Below are positions 24,253-39,007 of a DNA stretch of 64,000 nt, one piece after another. This DNA comes from Azolla caroliniana (Eukaryota; Plantae; Polypodiophyta). The stretch lies in contig JBHGNT010000002.1 in assembly GCA_043228905.1 (NCBI GenBank), positions 5,456,001 through 5,520,000 of the forward strand. Direction: 5' to 3'. A program made the position numbers and the translations under genes. Below the pieces are notes generated by a model that had not been told where the DNA came from, ran no database searches, and was given only the letters and a program-made list of their open reading frames with translations. The number at the start of each line of letters is the position of its first letter. Within the stretch, counting starts at the first letter, position 1.

Positions 24253-27229
24253 GAGTGTTTCACAGGAAGATTGATTTGATGATGAAATGCCTCAAGGATG
24301 TTTCAATACATTCCCTCCATGAAACCTACCTTGGATATGGAAGAATGAATGGCCAAGCTTTGTTCAAAACAAACACTTAAAAGAGCAAATACCATTGTGT
24401 GTATGTATCCTGAAGTCATCTCATCTCTATCTACCAAACAATACATAATATATATACACATTGACATTTACAATACACATTTCAGTTGGTTGTACATATA
24501 CTTGTTGGTATCTCATTTGGGAAGTCTTTTGGGAGTGAGCTCTTTTTATGTATGGTATGGGGTGCTAAACTTGCATGCATGATGACCCCATGCCTAACTT
24601 GTGTACGAACATATTGCCTCTACGGATGTTCTGCATTCTACCACTATATCGTACGTGTGTGTAACTGTTGCTCATATCTCGGCATCTCGATTCCGTGTTT
24701 ATCACAAGCTAATTCCCATGTTCGCATGTGATTTTGGCCTCCATTTTTCACTCAAGAATGGCTTGACAACACTAAACCTAGTGCCATTCTCTCGAGTTTA
24801 GTTCTTTTGAGGCTCTAACCCGTCCAATGAAACCCTAAACTGCAATGATATTTATAGTTCGACACCCTTCAACATCACCTTTATTCATCAATTCTTCAAG
24901 TTATGAAATTCATGACGCCTTTGATAACCAAAGCCATTGACCTATATCAAAGCCTTAAGCATCCTAACGTAAAGGGACATCCAAAAGGATTACAATGTAA
25001 GGCCTACGTAAACTATTGAGGTATAGGAATGTTTTACGTTCCCTTTTATTGATCACCATGGCACACATGGATACACCTTCACAATTCGAGCAATTGTATC
25101 TTTACCTTGTCTAATCAAGGCCAAATTCTTTGTATCACACTCTTTCCTTGGCAACAACTAGCCTTGGTGTGTCCACCTTTTCATTGGGGTTTTTGCATAT
25201 TTGATTGGCAATGTAGGACGTCATGTTAGTGCATAAGCTTGTTTGCACGAGGATCTTCACTTTCTTCATTGGTGACATAATTGTTCAATAGGCACCTTAG
25301 ATCAATTGTTGGGTAACTTTGTCATGAAAACCTAGTGATAAAAGGCAAGGTAGAGCAACTTTTTGAAAATGAAAGATGATGATTGAAAAGTAAATGTTCT
25401 TGGGTTGCTATTTATTTCTTTCCATGTCCAGGCTACCATCGCAATAGCTATGTATTCAATTTGGGCAGAGAAAATGAAAGTGATATACATATTATTGTTG
25501 GTTGGTGAATTATATGTAATGTTTAATCATAAGTATTAGGACTAATGTCATGATGAAGTATCATGCGAAATTCATGTTGATTTTACTCTGGGAAGATGGT
25601 GGAAAGTCGAAGTCATGAGGAAAATAGATGAAACCAAATAGAGATGAACATCTAGATACATTGTCAAAAGGAAACTCATTACAAAGAATTTAGCAAAAAG
25701 GTGAAATGTTCAGAAGGTCCTTGCTTCTTGCTTCTTTAGTGCATATAGAATAGTGGAAGTTATTGGTCTTGGTCCGTGAATGAACATAACCTTCATGACG
25801 CTTAACATTGGTGCTAATGAGGTTTGTGTAGGTTGTCCCACATCTCATAATGTATGGGGAACCACCCGATTTGATGTGGGTAGAGCCATTTTTGAACATG
25901 TATGTATTCATTCTCATTTTGGTCTCGTTGTTCTAAGTTGTTTCAAATATGTGTTTGTATGCAAAAGACAGTGGGGTTTTAAGAGAATTAAAGTATATTC
26001 TTCCTTAATTAGAGTTCGTAAAGAGTACCCTCATGCTCATGAAAAATGCTAGTTGTCAGACTTTGGTTATCTCCAGTTTGTGGTTTAAGGCAGTGGAGTT
26101 GCACACAGTTGTACAAAAGAACCATGTTTGCACGTCGCGTCTTAGTTTCTTCACCACCCTTCCATGCAATTGTAATGCTCAAATTATTATTTTGCATGGA
26201 GTTGTTGTTTGTGTCATTCCTTGGGCATGAATGAAGAGTCATGTAAAAACACTTCATCATTGATTTGACTATGGGGTCCCCACCTCACTTTCCTAATACT
26301 AGAAACACGGAGAAATTTGTTTTCGTATTGATCACCTCAAGGAGAGAACGCACATTGATTTTTGTCTCATTTTTGGAATAGCGAGAGAGGTATCATCTCC
26401 ATGCACAATGTGGATCAAAGATATTGATGGCTTGAATATTCATAGTTCATTCGTTTCAACGAATAATATCTATGTGAAAACTTATTTATAAAGAAGGTTG
26501 TGTCTTGATTAGGAAACACCAATTTTGATTACGATTGCCTCTCTAGAGGTAATCCATTATGTTTGGAAGTCCTGTTTGAAAAGCCCTAAAGCCTGGGAAA
26601 GAAATATGATGCTCTATTGATCAATATATTTCATGACTATATTCTTATCACTATATTTCTTTTTAGCTCTCATCGATTGTATCATGCTTCCATTTCACTT
26701 GAAAAAAGTATCGGTTTGACGACAACCTTCTCAGAAAGCACTAAACACCATCATTTTCACTTGGTTTGATAATCCATCAATTGAGAGGGCACACATGAGG
26801 AGTGAATGTGTCTATCTTTTGTGCCTCTTTTGGTTAGATAATGATTCTACATTATAATCCAAGGAAAAATTAGGTTGTACACAAGGTTTGGCCTTCAAAA
26901 AATATAGGGTGACCAAAAGGATACTCTATCATCTATGATTACATGGAACACACTTTTTTGGCTTACCTCCCTTCTCGTTACACACGTTTTGTTTCTGGTT
27001 TACCTCTCTTCTCCTTATGCACTTAATTTGGCTTGACCATGTGTGTAGCCTTAACATGCTAGAAATTTTTGCCAATGTGGGAACTAATTTGAATAAAATT
27101 ATTCCCATGAATAATGCTCTCTCTTCTTCATAGATCTTGATGGGTAAAGTCAACACATGACATCTTTTGTTATTTTGGGATTTCCTTGACCTCCTTTTCT
27201 TTTCCCAATCCTAAAGCAAGCTTGTAAAT

Positions 27230-27800
27230 ACACGTTGACCTTGTTTTGTACGAGCTTTATACATCACAACTTATAACCTTGATAATGTACCTACCATGCA
27301 CAAAAGCATGATGATATATGAAGGGGCGATTCAAATAAGAATAGACCCGATTGAAGGTATTGAGGTGTATCACACATTTTGGACCTAATAAGAGCTAGCA
27401 AACATGTAATATATTATTAATATGATAAAAATAATAAAGTGTGTCACAGAGCGCACAACACGTGTCAAAGAAGAATGTCCAATAATTGAGGTACTTAAGG
27501 GCAAGCTTTTTTGGATCATCATCATCTTAATGTTATGGGTATAGAACAAAAAAGCAATGAAGCGAAAAGCATGTAACTACCCCAAGACATTGGACAGAAT
27601 GTACATCGGCCCCTCCATGAGGCATATGAATTTCAATTGTTAACCCTCAAAGGTATATATGCCATCCTTCATAAGCAAAGGAGGTGATATTGAAACCAAC
27701 CTTACATGCTTCTCATATCTAGAAGCATGATAGAGATGAAAAACATCATTGATTTAATCAAATTTTGTATGGAAGAAGTTTTGCAATGCAAATGAAGCCT
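27230..27800 (+). mobile_element. Decayed hAT transposase fragment
   Basis: Translated pieces DNVPTM...IYEG and W..../VHRPLHEA.../LNPQ resemble hAT motifs DKPTMGYIYEAM and RW..LHRPLHAA.YFLNP. Frameshifted. Confidence 0.4.
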
Positions 27801-30800
27801 CACTCCACAACTTTAATTGTGTGACATTCTAACCACACAATATGTGGATTTCGTCCAACTTTTATGGTTCATACATAAAAGCATGATTATACCAAAAACA
27901 ATCACATTCTTTTGTTCATTAGTTGTAGGAGCAACCAAGAAAAGACGTTGTACGTTTGGAAATAAAAAATGATTATGCAAACACATAATCTGCAAATACC
28001 GATAGATTTCATGGGAGTCAGAACTAATAACATTTTAAGTTCTCGGCTAACCGAAGTAATTCATCATTAGATAAACACACAAAGGATTCATATGTATGTA
28101 CGTATGCATGCATATATATACCCAACACTTGCATTGAAATGATTGAAAACTTCATCGTTTCCCTACTGAAACACAATTTGAATAACAAAGATGAATCATT
28201 TGAATGTGGGAAAAACATAAATATACCGGCTTCTTGATGTTTAATATATTTGCTACAGTTGCCCTCTTGGTTTTCAAAGCTTACTAGTAGTATACACCTT
28301 GTGATTTTTAGAAACTATTCTCATATCCTTATAAGTCGAATCAACGATTAATTAGTTAATGATTCATTTCAGTTATGTTTTGGAATCGTTTTATAATGTA
28401 ATTTGCCCCTCGATCGAATGAAACTAGCAAGTTCGAGCCCTAAGTCTTGCAATATATAATCTTTGCTCAAGATGAAGAAAATTGAGGGAACTTTTTGGTA
28501 AATTTACAAAACCCAAGCATTGTAGTCATTTTGACAACCCAAGCTCTAACCTGGAAATTTTTATCTTTTGCATTTCTATTGCCCAACTTGGATAAGGGTA
28601 ATTTTGAAAACTCTTAACAACATAGTTACGTTTGCGGGTAATATGGAGAACTAAGCTTTCGATGGAGTTTTGCAAACAATTTACCCTTGGTTACTAGAGT
28701 CAAAATGTAACCATGTGCCGAAGACTATGCTTGGAACGTATTTTTTATTACAAATTCCTTGCTTCATCATTTTGCCTTACTAGTGTTGGGCTACCACTTT
28801 CCAAGAATTAATGCATGCTATTTTTCACGATAAATTGGCAAGGCACATTGCAAGGGTTAGAAAGGAACACTCTAGTTCCCATCTCTGATCTTCATTTATT
28901 TGTACCAAGGGTTGTGCCTAGGCTCTTTGTGAATGTTGATTCATGTCCATTCGTTTGACCACCCAACACTTTGTTGGGTTGCATCCCCTGATTCTCTTGA
29001 CTTTGTGTCAACTTCTGTGTATGCTTACTTGCTTGACCCTACGTCAAGCCAGATGTTACTTGTGCAATGTATAGCGAACAACATTGGCTACAAGAGTTTC
29101 TTCTTGGCCGATTCTTAGACTTGTGTGGTGACATAATATGTTGTCTTGGGTCAACTTTAGGTCAACAATTGTCATCTCAATTAATTGTTAATCACTAAAT
29201 ATTCTCTTCATCAATCTCTAAAATGAGAGTAAATGGGGATAAGTAGGGTATTAGACAATGCATTAATCACTACTCTTTAATAATTAGCTTGTCTTAACAA
29301 CAATATACCAAATTGTCCCACTTAAATGGGGTGGGTATTAGGCAATGCATTATAATTATGTGTGATGGAGAGATATCGTGATTATATGTGTGTGGATGTT
29401 CTCTCTCGATTATTTTGTTTTCAATGAGCTCATTTTAGAGCATCCTTTTGTACCCTATATCACATCACCAAAATTGACCCCCATTTGTCTTATTTCAAGG
29501 GTTTACATCTCTATTCCAGTTAAAATACATAAAGTTCTATTATAGATAGGGACCGACTACAAAAGCTTGCTAAATGGCCAGCATTGCGCACACTCGTGGG
29601 ACAACTACAAGACAATGTTTCTCTACAAGTTAAATATCGTAATTGGTTGGGAGCCCTTTTTGGGAATCGTATTCATTGTTTCTTTGGAAGCAACACCATA
29701 TCAGTGTCCAATGGTCAAATGGATTGAGAGGGGAATGAAGAGAGGAATGGTGAAGCCATGGTGTCAAGGTAACATGGGGTTGAAGGTAGAGGTGTAAGGA
29801 TGGGGGAGGGGTAAAAAAAAGGGTAAAGTGAAGGTCGAGAGCATTGGGAAGACGTGACGATGAGAAGTTTGGAGGTTGCAAGGAGTATGACCCTACTACT
29901 AGCATAGACAATTGTAAGGTCAATGAAGTTAGTCATTACTAGTGTGCTAGGTGAGGGCAACAACAATTCGCTTCCACATCACAACATTCGTAAGAAATAT
30001 AGCTCAAATCAAGATTATGGCGTGCGCTCAATGTTGCACCTCAAGCTACTATAATGATATATGTGGGTATAAACAACCCCAAAAATGCTAGAGATTGTAG
30101 ACAACAAATATCTCAACATCCCTAATCTAGCTATTCAAGCAACTTGTCACATCTCTTCTATTCTAATCTTGAATCATATCTTTTTGGATCAACACTTCCA
30201 AAAGCACAAGTACTTAACATGGAATTTGTCCTTCAACATCAATAAAGGCTCCTCTTGCCAACAACTCACAAGTCTCTAGAATGGCATCACCACTCTTCTA
30301 TTATCCAACCAATGCAACTTTGAGACATTTCTTCCATCGCTACCCACAACTCAAGCTCATAGACAAAATTGTTAACTGACTTAGGCTTTCTCATGAAGTC
30401 TTGCTAGAACTATTTGTCTTTGGTATCATGTTCCTCGAGCAATCCTTCATAATATCACCCTTTTCACCATTGGAGAAGCATGTTGCATTAAACTTCTTCG
30501 TCTTCGGTATGTTTTTGAGATAACCAACCTCATGCAACCTCATGCAAGATATCCACTTATGTCCTTTAAATATTCAACCACTTCAACATGTCATCAAACC
30601 TAGTGGGAGGATGAGTATCACTTGCTTATCACATGCTTAGTAAATAAGGTAATTTATGAGAAATATGATTATTTGTTAAACGAGATGATAATGTGAGTGA
30701 ACCATACTGAAATTTCTGCATAGCGGGGTGAGCACGTATATGCATGCATTATTTTCACATCGAGAGTTTTTAATTTAGAGTAGTAACTCCCCTTGTCAAG

Positions 30801-31533
30801 GAGTTACATACAAGGTGATATGTTGATTTGGTCCCATAGGTCAAAATTGGCTTCATCATGAACGATAACCCTATCTCACCTTGAAATGCCCATCCCTAGG
30901 CCTACATACCCCACTTCAATCCCCAACACCTGAATGACTCCCCTCCAAGGGGTTAAGATTGGTATGTACATTCAAGCACTAGCATTAGCACCTTTAAGTG
31001 CAAGGTGTTAGACGTAGACAAGAAATAAGAACTCCTCAAGCTCCACACCCAAACTAGAAAAATCCAAGTTCAGTCAGATGGTGGAATTCCTCAAGTAAAA
31101 AGAAGTCTGCCATGATTTGAGTTTGGCAATGATGTTCAATCCTTCCTAGTTTTCGTGAATTCTAGTGGTTCATTTGGAATTTTTCAACACTCGTACAACA
31201 ATTGATAACCTAGGTTGTGATGGACTATACAAACATTGAACTCTTCACCATCACCATCACCTTCACTTTGAACCAACAAGGTTCTTAGTTTTATTTTGTG
31301 GGTAACTAGCTACCTTTGCAAATTCCACCAACTCTAGTAGCTTTATGGGTGGTTGGGAGCCACCCTTAATCATCTTGCCTATCCAAGGTTACCCGATCTT
31401 CTCCCAACTATCCAAAAGGGATCCCAACAACAACAATGCAAGTACCTTGTCGGCCAGAGGCACTTCTAGAGAGGTAGTTTGGTTTATTAGTCCTTGGAAA
31501 GCATTCAAGTGCTCTACCATGTTGGAGCCATCC

Positions 31534-33400
31534 TGATATCTCAGTCTCATTATCTTTCTGAAGAGTGAGACTTTGTGTCAAAGTTAATATACGGAAGCTT
31601 TGACAAACCAGTTTACTCGAATAGCAACAGAAAATACACACAAGTTTAATGGAAGCTTGAATCACACAAACGGAGAGTGGGAGAGACGGAGAGAGCAGAA
31701 CAACATAAACTCAATTCAAAATAATAACACTTTGTATGACACAATGTCCTACAGAACACTTCTTTATAGAAATCCTTAAAGGACTAACATGTACTTCAAT
31801 GCTCATACGAGCGACTGACACCAACTCCAAGGAATATGCCTACGTACTAAGATAAGATTGTAGGCCTCTAACGACCTACCGATTACAATCCGATCCGTCT
31901 CTCTGATACCGATCCAGATCTAGTTGAGTTTGTCCACTCAACACCCCCCCCCCCTCAAGCTCAACTTGAGGTCGGATCGAGGTGTCAATGTTTGTCGGTC
32001 CTTCCCTCCGACTTCTCATGGCATCTTCCCACCTTGCTCGCGCTCCTCGTCCCGTCCGGTCGCGCTTCCCACGACCCATCCAGTTCCGCGCTCCTCGACC
32101 TTCTCGGTCGTCTTGTCTGCTCAAGGCCCATCTCAATTCCTTTGCTACTATGACTTCCTCCGTGTCAGTGTCGGTGTCGACTTTTGTTGCCTTCGGCTCC
32201 TCCAAACCGAACTCCTCTTCCGAATTGGTTGCCTCCGATTCGATCCAACTCTTGTCCAAATTGGTTGTCTCCAATTCGTCTTCAACCTTCATGCCCTTCA
32301 CCACATCGGACCACGTCAGAGTCTTGGCCTTCTCATTCCTGTCGGCTCTATCCTTCTTGACTCTACTGTCGTCGCCACTTGTTCTGACTTGTTCAGATGT
32401 GCCGACTTCTTTAGTCGATTCGGCTCCGTTTTTCTTCTAGTCTCCCCTTGTTTTGGTCTTTTCCTTCTTTCTGACTCCTGTTTTTGTTGTTTCCATTCCG
32501 GTTCTCCCTGTATCAGCACAGGTTCTCCCCCTCATGTGCAGTTGTCGACTAGTTGACGGTACTAGGTCGGCTCGCATTCTGTAGTTCAAGAGTCGGCATC
32601 GATCTTTTGATTACGATCGAGGGGGGTTGCTATGGACTTACACTCTGTCATCCCAAACTTGAAGAGAAGATTGAGGATATACTGTCTTTGAGATATCAAA
32701 ATGCCGTCAAGGGTCCGAATTACTTCTATTCCTAGAAAGTAATGGAGCTCCTTCATATCGATCATTTCGAATTAATCGGAGAGTAGCTTCTTGGTGTGTT
32801 CGATGTCCACGATGTGCTCTCCTCCAATGACCAAGTCGTCCACATAGATTATGATGAATAATTGTCCTCTAGAATAGTTTCAAATGAATAGAGAATTGTC
32901 GAACTTGGACATTCAAAAGCCGATTTGCTGAAGATATTGGGTTATTTTCGAATGGCATGCTCTCGGTGCTTGTTTGAGATCGTAGAGAGGCTTTTTGAGT
33001 CGACAGACAACAATTGGGTGCGTACTCAACTCGAATCCAGGTGGTTGAATCATGTACACCTCGTCTAATTCGCCTTGTAGAAAGGCGTTCTTTACATCTA
33101 TTTGATGGAGGGGCCACCCTTTTGCTGCAACAAGCGCGATCATAGTCTGAATGGTAGTCATCTTCACCACTAGGGCAAATGTCTCTTCATAATCGATCCC
33201 TTGTGTCTACACATATCCTGTTGCCACAAGCCGAACCTTAATTCGATTGATGGAGTTGTCGGCATTATGCTTCACCTGAATATCCACAGGCAACCAATCG
33301 CCTTTTGGTGGGGTGAAGAAGGAACGAGATCCCAGGTCTTGTTTATGACAGAGGAAGAACTCTACCAAGTACGAGATGTGGTTGGTAGAAAGACCCAAAG
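31534..33400 (-). mobile_element. Truncated Ty1/Copia retrotransposon (RT fragment, PPT, 3' LTR)
   Basis: RT motifs RLVATGY, KMTTIQTMIALVAAKGWPLHQIDVKNAFLQGEL, LKQAPRA, IIIYVDDLVIGG and ELHYFLGIEV at ~33400-32550. G-rich PPT at 31956-31944, then a 3' LTR TGTTG(31943)...ATATCA(31534). RNase H missing; stops present. Confidence 0.85.
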
Positions 33401-36400
33401 AACTTCATGCTACCTCTTCTCACCCCTATATCTAATAAAATTAATCATGAAAAGGGCAATCACCCTCCTCTCCATTGTTAAGACATGATCTTGAAATTGA
33501 GTGGAGCTCAATATTATATGCATATATATTGTGGTAGTATAATAAGAGGCCATGAACTTTTGTATCCAAGGACAAAGTTGAAGGGAGATATTCTAGCAAA
33601 TGGTGACAATAACTATGAAGATGTCAATGAAGCAATCAAATCAAACCATGCACTTGCATTCACACATGGAAAAGATGGTTTGAATCTAATCCATATTGGA
33701 ACAAGAAATCAACAATATCAATCTGCCTCTTAACTCAATTCAATTGGGAGACAATATATCGACATGATCCCATCACAACATATACATAAAATCCTTCTCC
33801 CTAACATTTGATCTAGAAATTATCTATAAAATCTTCTTTAACTTGATGCTTCTTTTTTGAGACAAACTGGCCATGTCTCATTTGTGTAAATTTGCAATTC
33901 TGTCGAATAAGGCTCAATTCACCAATGCTAGCATCTCTAATAGGAAATTTGCAATTGCATTGGGTATTTCAAAATTGGAGCTTTGTATCATTTGCAATTT
34001 TATGTAGATAAGGGAATATCAGAAGAATCAAGTATCTAAAATAAGCTTGGTCCTTATTGTCACTGGCGATGAATGAGGACTATCTTCTCATGTTGATACC
34101 TCCAACCATCAGAACCTAAATCCTGATGTATAGATATTTGTTTTGTTCGAATTGACAGGCTCAAGTGTCTGAACCTTGATAGACAAGGACTCAGCAGAAT
34201 TTTATATAGATAATGGAATGTCAGAAGAATCAAGATCTCAAAATCAGCTTGGTCCTTACTGTCATCAGCAAATAGTATCTTTTGGTGTCACTGCCAGAAA
34301 TAGCTGTTCAACCTTCGAAAGCATCATTGCCAGTGATTGAGCCTGAAATGAATAGAAAGATTCTTCATTAAAGCAATTCACAAAGACAGATTCTTCATAA
34401 CTTCGCTCACCAAAGAGAGAATTCTAAAATCCTCACGTTAAATTTCCCAATTCAAACATTATATAGCATTATATAGCTTTAAATGGAAAATGATGCTTAC
34501 CACAGCATTACAAGTCGCTGCATGTTCACATATTATTGCAGTAAGCTTTAGCTGCAACGCATACAATGCTTTGTTTCACTGAGATTTTGATATCTCCACC
34601 AGTTGATAAACCTATAATGAACCAGATTCTGGTCTACAGATTGTGAAAGCTCACAGGTGAAGGTCTGTGTATGTTTCATAAATATAGTCTGTACCCTGAG
34701 AACAATGATAATATAACAGTTATTATTCTGACATGTCTAACACTTTTGAGCCCATATTGATCAAATTTGGGATTAGCCTTTGCCTAAAAACACCCCGAAT
34801 AATCTGAAGCCATTTATCACAATGGTTAACTCTTTTAACACAGCCAAACATTTGCCTCATCCACTTCTTAGCATAACAATTACATAAATGTTCTGGTCTG
34901 ATCATACCTTTGTACCTGAGGTCCATAGATAAACTATAAGCCTGAGTTTACTTCCACTATAGAATGGCATCCTGCATAGGCAACAATAAAGAGATTAATG
35001 GAAGCTCAAAACTTTCTCCCTTCCACCAAATTTTGGTGGATAAATACCATTATATAAATCTGTCTGCCACTCTGTCAACTCCAGTAAAAAAAACCATGAT
35101 CATCCGATAAGTTACAACACATCATAACACTTAACAAAGTGATTCAAACAATATTGTAGAATTCAATCATGTGTATGGCTTTGTTAGGGTACTCCCTCGA
35201 TCACACAGAAACTTGAAAGTAGAAAATATTTGCATCACTTCCATAAGGACTATCTTGCATCAAATATTTTACATTCTACTTATTATTTGATGAAAGACAT
35301 CCTTGCTGAATGAAGATGCTTGAGTGGTGATGCCCAGCAATGTGTCAGTTACACTCAGAGTGCTCCATGAATGTTGAGATTAGAGGTCTAAATAAAACTG
35401 AGAAAGATAATTCTTCCATATAATACAAGCAGTCGTTTGCTCAAAAAGATTGGAATGCAATATGTAGTTGTATGAATATATTAGTGATTAGCAGCCTAAA
35501 GAAATCTGTGAAAGATAGTTCGTCCATATAATACAGGCATTCTTTTGCTCAAAATGTTGGAATGCAAGATATAATTGTCTGGATGCCTAGTATGAAAAGT
35601 TTGGATTGCGTTTTTAAAGGTCCATGGAGGGGTTTGTTGGCATAAAAGGCCGACTCTACCCATGATCTAACCTGTTAGTACAAGTGACAAACACCTCGAA
35701 AAGAGGAAAAAAGAGTTCCAAAAAGGGTTACATGAATACCCTTTTCTCTGATGTTGAATGTCTGCATCAACTGCTGTTATTACAGAGAGATCTGAGGGAA
35801 AGATGCAGGGAGGTCACTGAAGTCTAATCTCTACAAACAAGGCTAATAACCTCTTGCATCGACATATTGCAATTGCAGCCCTTTTGTCCCATGGACGTGA
35901 TCTCGATTAGAGAAAGAGGATTAAAAATTGTGACCATCTTGGTGACCATCAAGCGGATACATAAAAGCTTCTCACACATTGTCATATTCAACAAGATGAA
36001 CTTATCCATCACTTTGTTGCATCACATGCAGCAACCATAACCCAGTCTCTCCTTACTTTCTATCTATTCAACTACTTTGGAACACTTGAATCTCTATTTC
36101 TTTATTTTTCCCTCTCCACGCATCCAACTTTCCCATAAGAAAAATGAAGTGTTATGACATGGTTAATCTTTCATTTTATGTCTCTCTAAGCAATGAAGAT
36201 CCAAGTCCCCCCCCCCCTTCAAAAGACCTACTTTTTAAAACCCTGTTATTAATTATTCTCTCATTTTGCTTTTCCATTACACAATGCAAATGAAGAAACT
36301 TATTTCATACCAAAATCGACATCACGTTCACAACTGCTAAACTTTTGGCAAGCTAGGGTTTAAGTGCTGAGGTATCTCGCACGAAAACGAGATTTTGGTC

Positions 36401-36789
36401 AAACATGGTCTTTGATGAGATTAAGGAACTAAGGAAAGAAACTAAGGAAAGAAACTATGATCTTCCACAGAAACTCACGAAATATGAATTGAAGGAAAGA
36501 GTGTGAACTTACATAGGAATTCTGAACAAGAAGTTCATCAGATCAAACCGAGGGAAGTCCTCTTCTTCTTTTTCTCATTCCCAGGAAAGAAACGGAAGGA
36601 AGGAGAATCGATGACAGGAAGAATCACATTGAGAAATCCTGCAAAGAGAGACAGTTTGACATCTCCTTGATGATCATGGTCATGATGATCGAGCTTTGAG
36701 GATGACAAAGTTGAAAAAGAATAGAGACGCACGAACCTGTTTTGCTTTCAACTGTTCTCCAGCTCCCCACTGTTTTGCTTCTTCCCCTG

Positions 36790-37040
36790 TTTTAGCTCGG
36801 TTTGGGATCGCTGAAGCCGAGCCGAGCCGAACCGATTTGGGCAAAAACCGGTTTCCAAATCTGTTAAGGCTCAATCGGCTTGGCCTAACCGGTTAGCCTT
36901 GACCAGTTTAGGAACCGGTTCAGTTCGGCTCAAGTTTGGAAACCCTCAAACCGGTTAAGGCTTAACCGGTTTGGTTTTGGACAAGGTCAAACCGGTTAAG
37001 CCAAATCCGAACCATTACCGATTCCCAGTTAAAACCTCTG
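36790..37040 (-). mobile_element. hAT-like terminus with AACCG/CGGTT subterminal repeats
   Basis: Dense aaccgg/ccggtt/gaaccg motifs ending in ttaaaacctctg (reverse complement CAGAGGTTTTAA, hAT-like TIR). Partner end not found. Confidence 0.55.
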
Positions 37041-39007
37041 ACTTACCATCAATTAATCACACTGACATTTTACCCTACTCTTTTCAGCGTGGTTCCTACT
37101 TGCCCGAATTAACAATGAATCTCGTTGGGGCCCTTTACACATCTACTTCTGGTGGTTCTTTTGTGTATGCCAAATGGGAAACAAGAGAAGCCTGGTGAGA
37201 GCCTCGATGCATGTGTGTTCAACAAACATAACAACCATTGCATGAATATGCGCAAATAGGGGGTGTGAGTGAGTATGTATTATATCTTCCTAGTTTGGTA
37301 TATGCGTCGTTACTCATTACATCTAACCCTCTCTCAACCAATACCCAATAGGCTACTTAATGTAGAGACAATGTTATCTAATAATATGCACTAGTCATGG
37401 TTTGTTTGTTCATTGTATGATATGTACGCATGTTTGGGCACTAGCTACAATACTTTCCTTTCTTGCCACAAGACACTTAATCAAACCTTGTTTCGCGCTT
37501 GGACCTTCCATGAATTATGTGATCTTTGATTTACTTCCACCATTGTTGCTTCCTAGCATGCCTACAATTTTTGGTTGGAGAAGTTCGCCAAAACGGCTAC
37601 CTGCATATATAAATGCATCTCTCCAATTGCCTTATTTGTGTTTCACCTGAGAATAGGGCCACAAGCTCAAGAAAAGCCTAGATATGCTTGACCAAAAGGG
37701 GTTGCTTCAGCCAATATGATTTAATTTGCCATCTTGGAGCGCTAACACATTCTCTCTATGGTGATGCTCGACCAAACCATCATTGAGAAAAAAGGTCTGA
37801 TTTATTTAAGAGCAACAATGCACTATAGATGTCCATTTTCCACATCACCTACTTGGCATGATGATGTTCCAACATTTATCCTATCCGCAATTGTGGCTTA
37901 GTCGAAAAACACTTTTAGTGGCTATCACATATAGAGGTAGTCGTGTCATGTTTGTATGTTCTTGGGGCAAAATGTTTTGTTGATAAGATTACTATTCCAT
38001 TGAATATCGCAATGACTCACTCATGTTGACATCATCTTGTTAGCTATACCTATGTGTGCACAAATGTAATTAGGGAAGGTACGATACTAACTATATAGGA
38101 GTTTAACAATAAAAGATGTTGGCAAAGCCTGAATTTACTTCAAGTAATTATCCTATCATCTTTCTTGCGACGATCGTGCTAAGCAAGTCGCATTGGTATT
38201 ATACAATATCACATTCTTCATTGAGGTGGTATATCATTGATGATAAGGGGGGTGAAAATACACTTGGTAGTTGTGATGCATGACAAGGTGGTAGCCTAGG
38301 ATTGGATAGGTCAAAAGTTTGGGTATGTGTGTTCAAATTTTCACTATCACCATATAGGATTCCATGTTGGTATGGTAGACATTACCATACAATACCATAC
38401 ATTACCATGCATTGTGCATACTAGGTTGGCACATTATACATAAGAAGAGCAAAGGCAAAGCAACTAACGGTTTGCAACCCATGATACTAACGAATTGCTC
38501 AATAAGCTCTACGGAAAAGTAAAGATGTCATCTAATCCATTCTTGCAAGCAGGCTATGGGGACACAAGAAGAATCGATTGCTGAACGAGGTGGGTTCTCC
38601 ACGAAGATTATTAGAACGTGTTGACATGAGAGTAACATAATGACTAAATCAGTGAGGGTGCCAAATAGTCATGGAATCTTAGTACATATGGAAGAATAAC
38701 TAGTTAAACGTGTGATACAATATACATATATTCTATAAAACATTAAAAAAAGGCAACTTTCTAGACTTTCTCAAAATAGAATAGTAGCATTAGGACTAGA
38801 CAAATTGGGAAACGTATGCTCTAGATAATTACATACAGAATAGGTAACATTTTAATCCACTATATATATAATAATAATAATTTATTGCTTTAAATTGAAG
38901 AGGACATTACAGAGAGATTATATGTGTACATGTTGAATAATGTCCTACTTAAATTGAAAGAGGACATTAAACCTAGAGATTTTGTATGTACATGTTGATT
39001 TAATATA

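Noticed and set aside
24830-26300. Possible Gypsy integrase and CACTA fragments
   Set aside because: Too degenerate to assign without a search.
28496-28686. Possible MITE with GGTAAATT...AATTTACC ends
   Set aside because: The inverted match is short and no TSD was found.
30100-31500. Scattered retroelement-like peptides (zinc-knuckle-like, LKWL..KD.SG)
   Set aside because: Fragments are too short and mixed to delimit an element.
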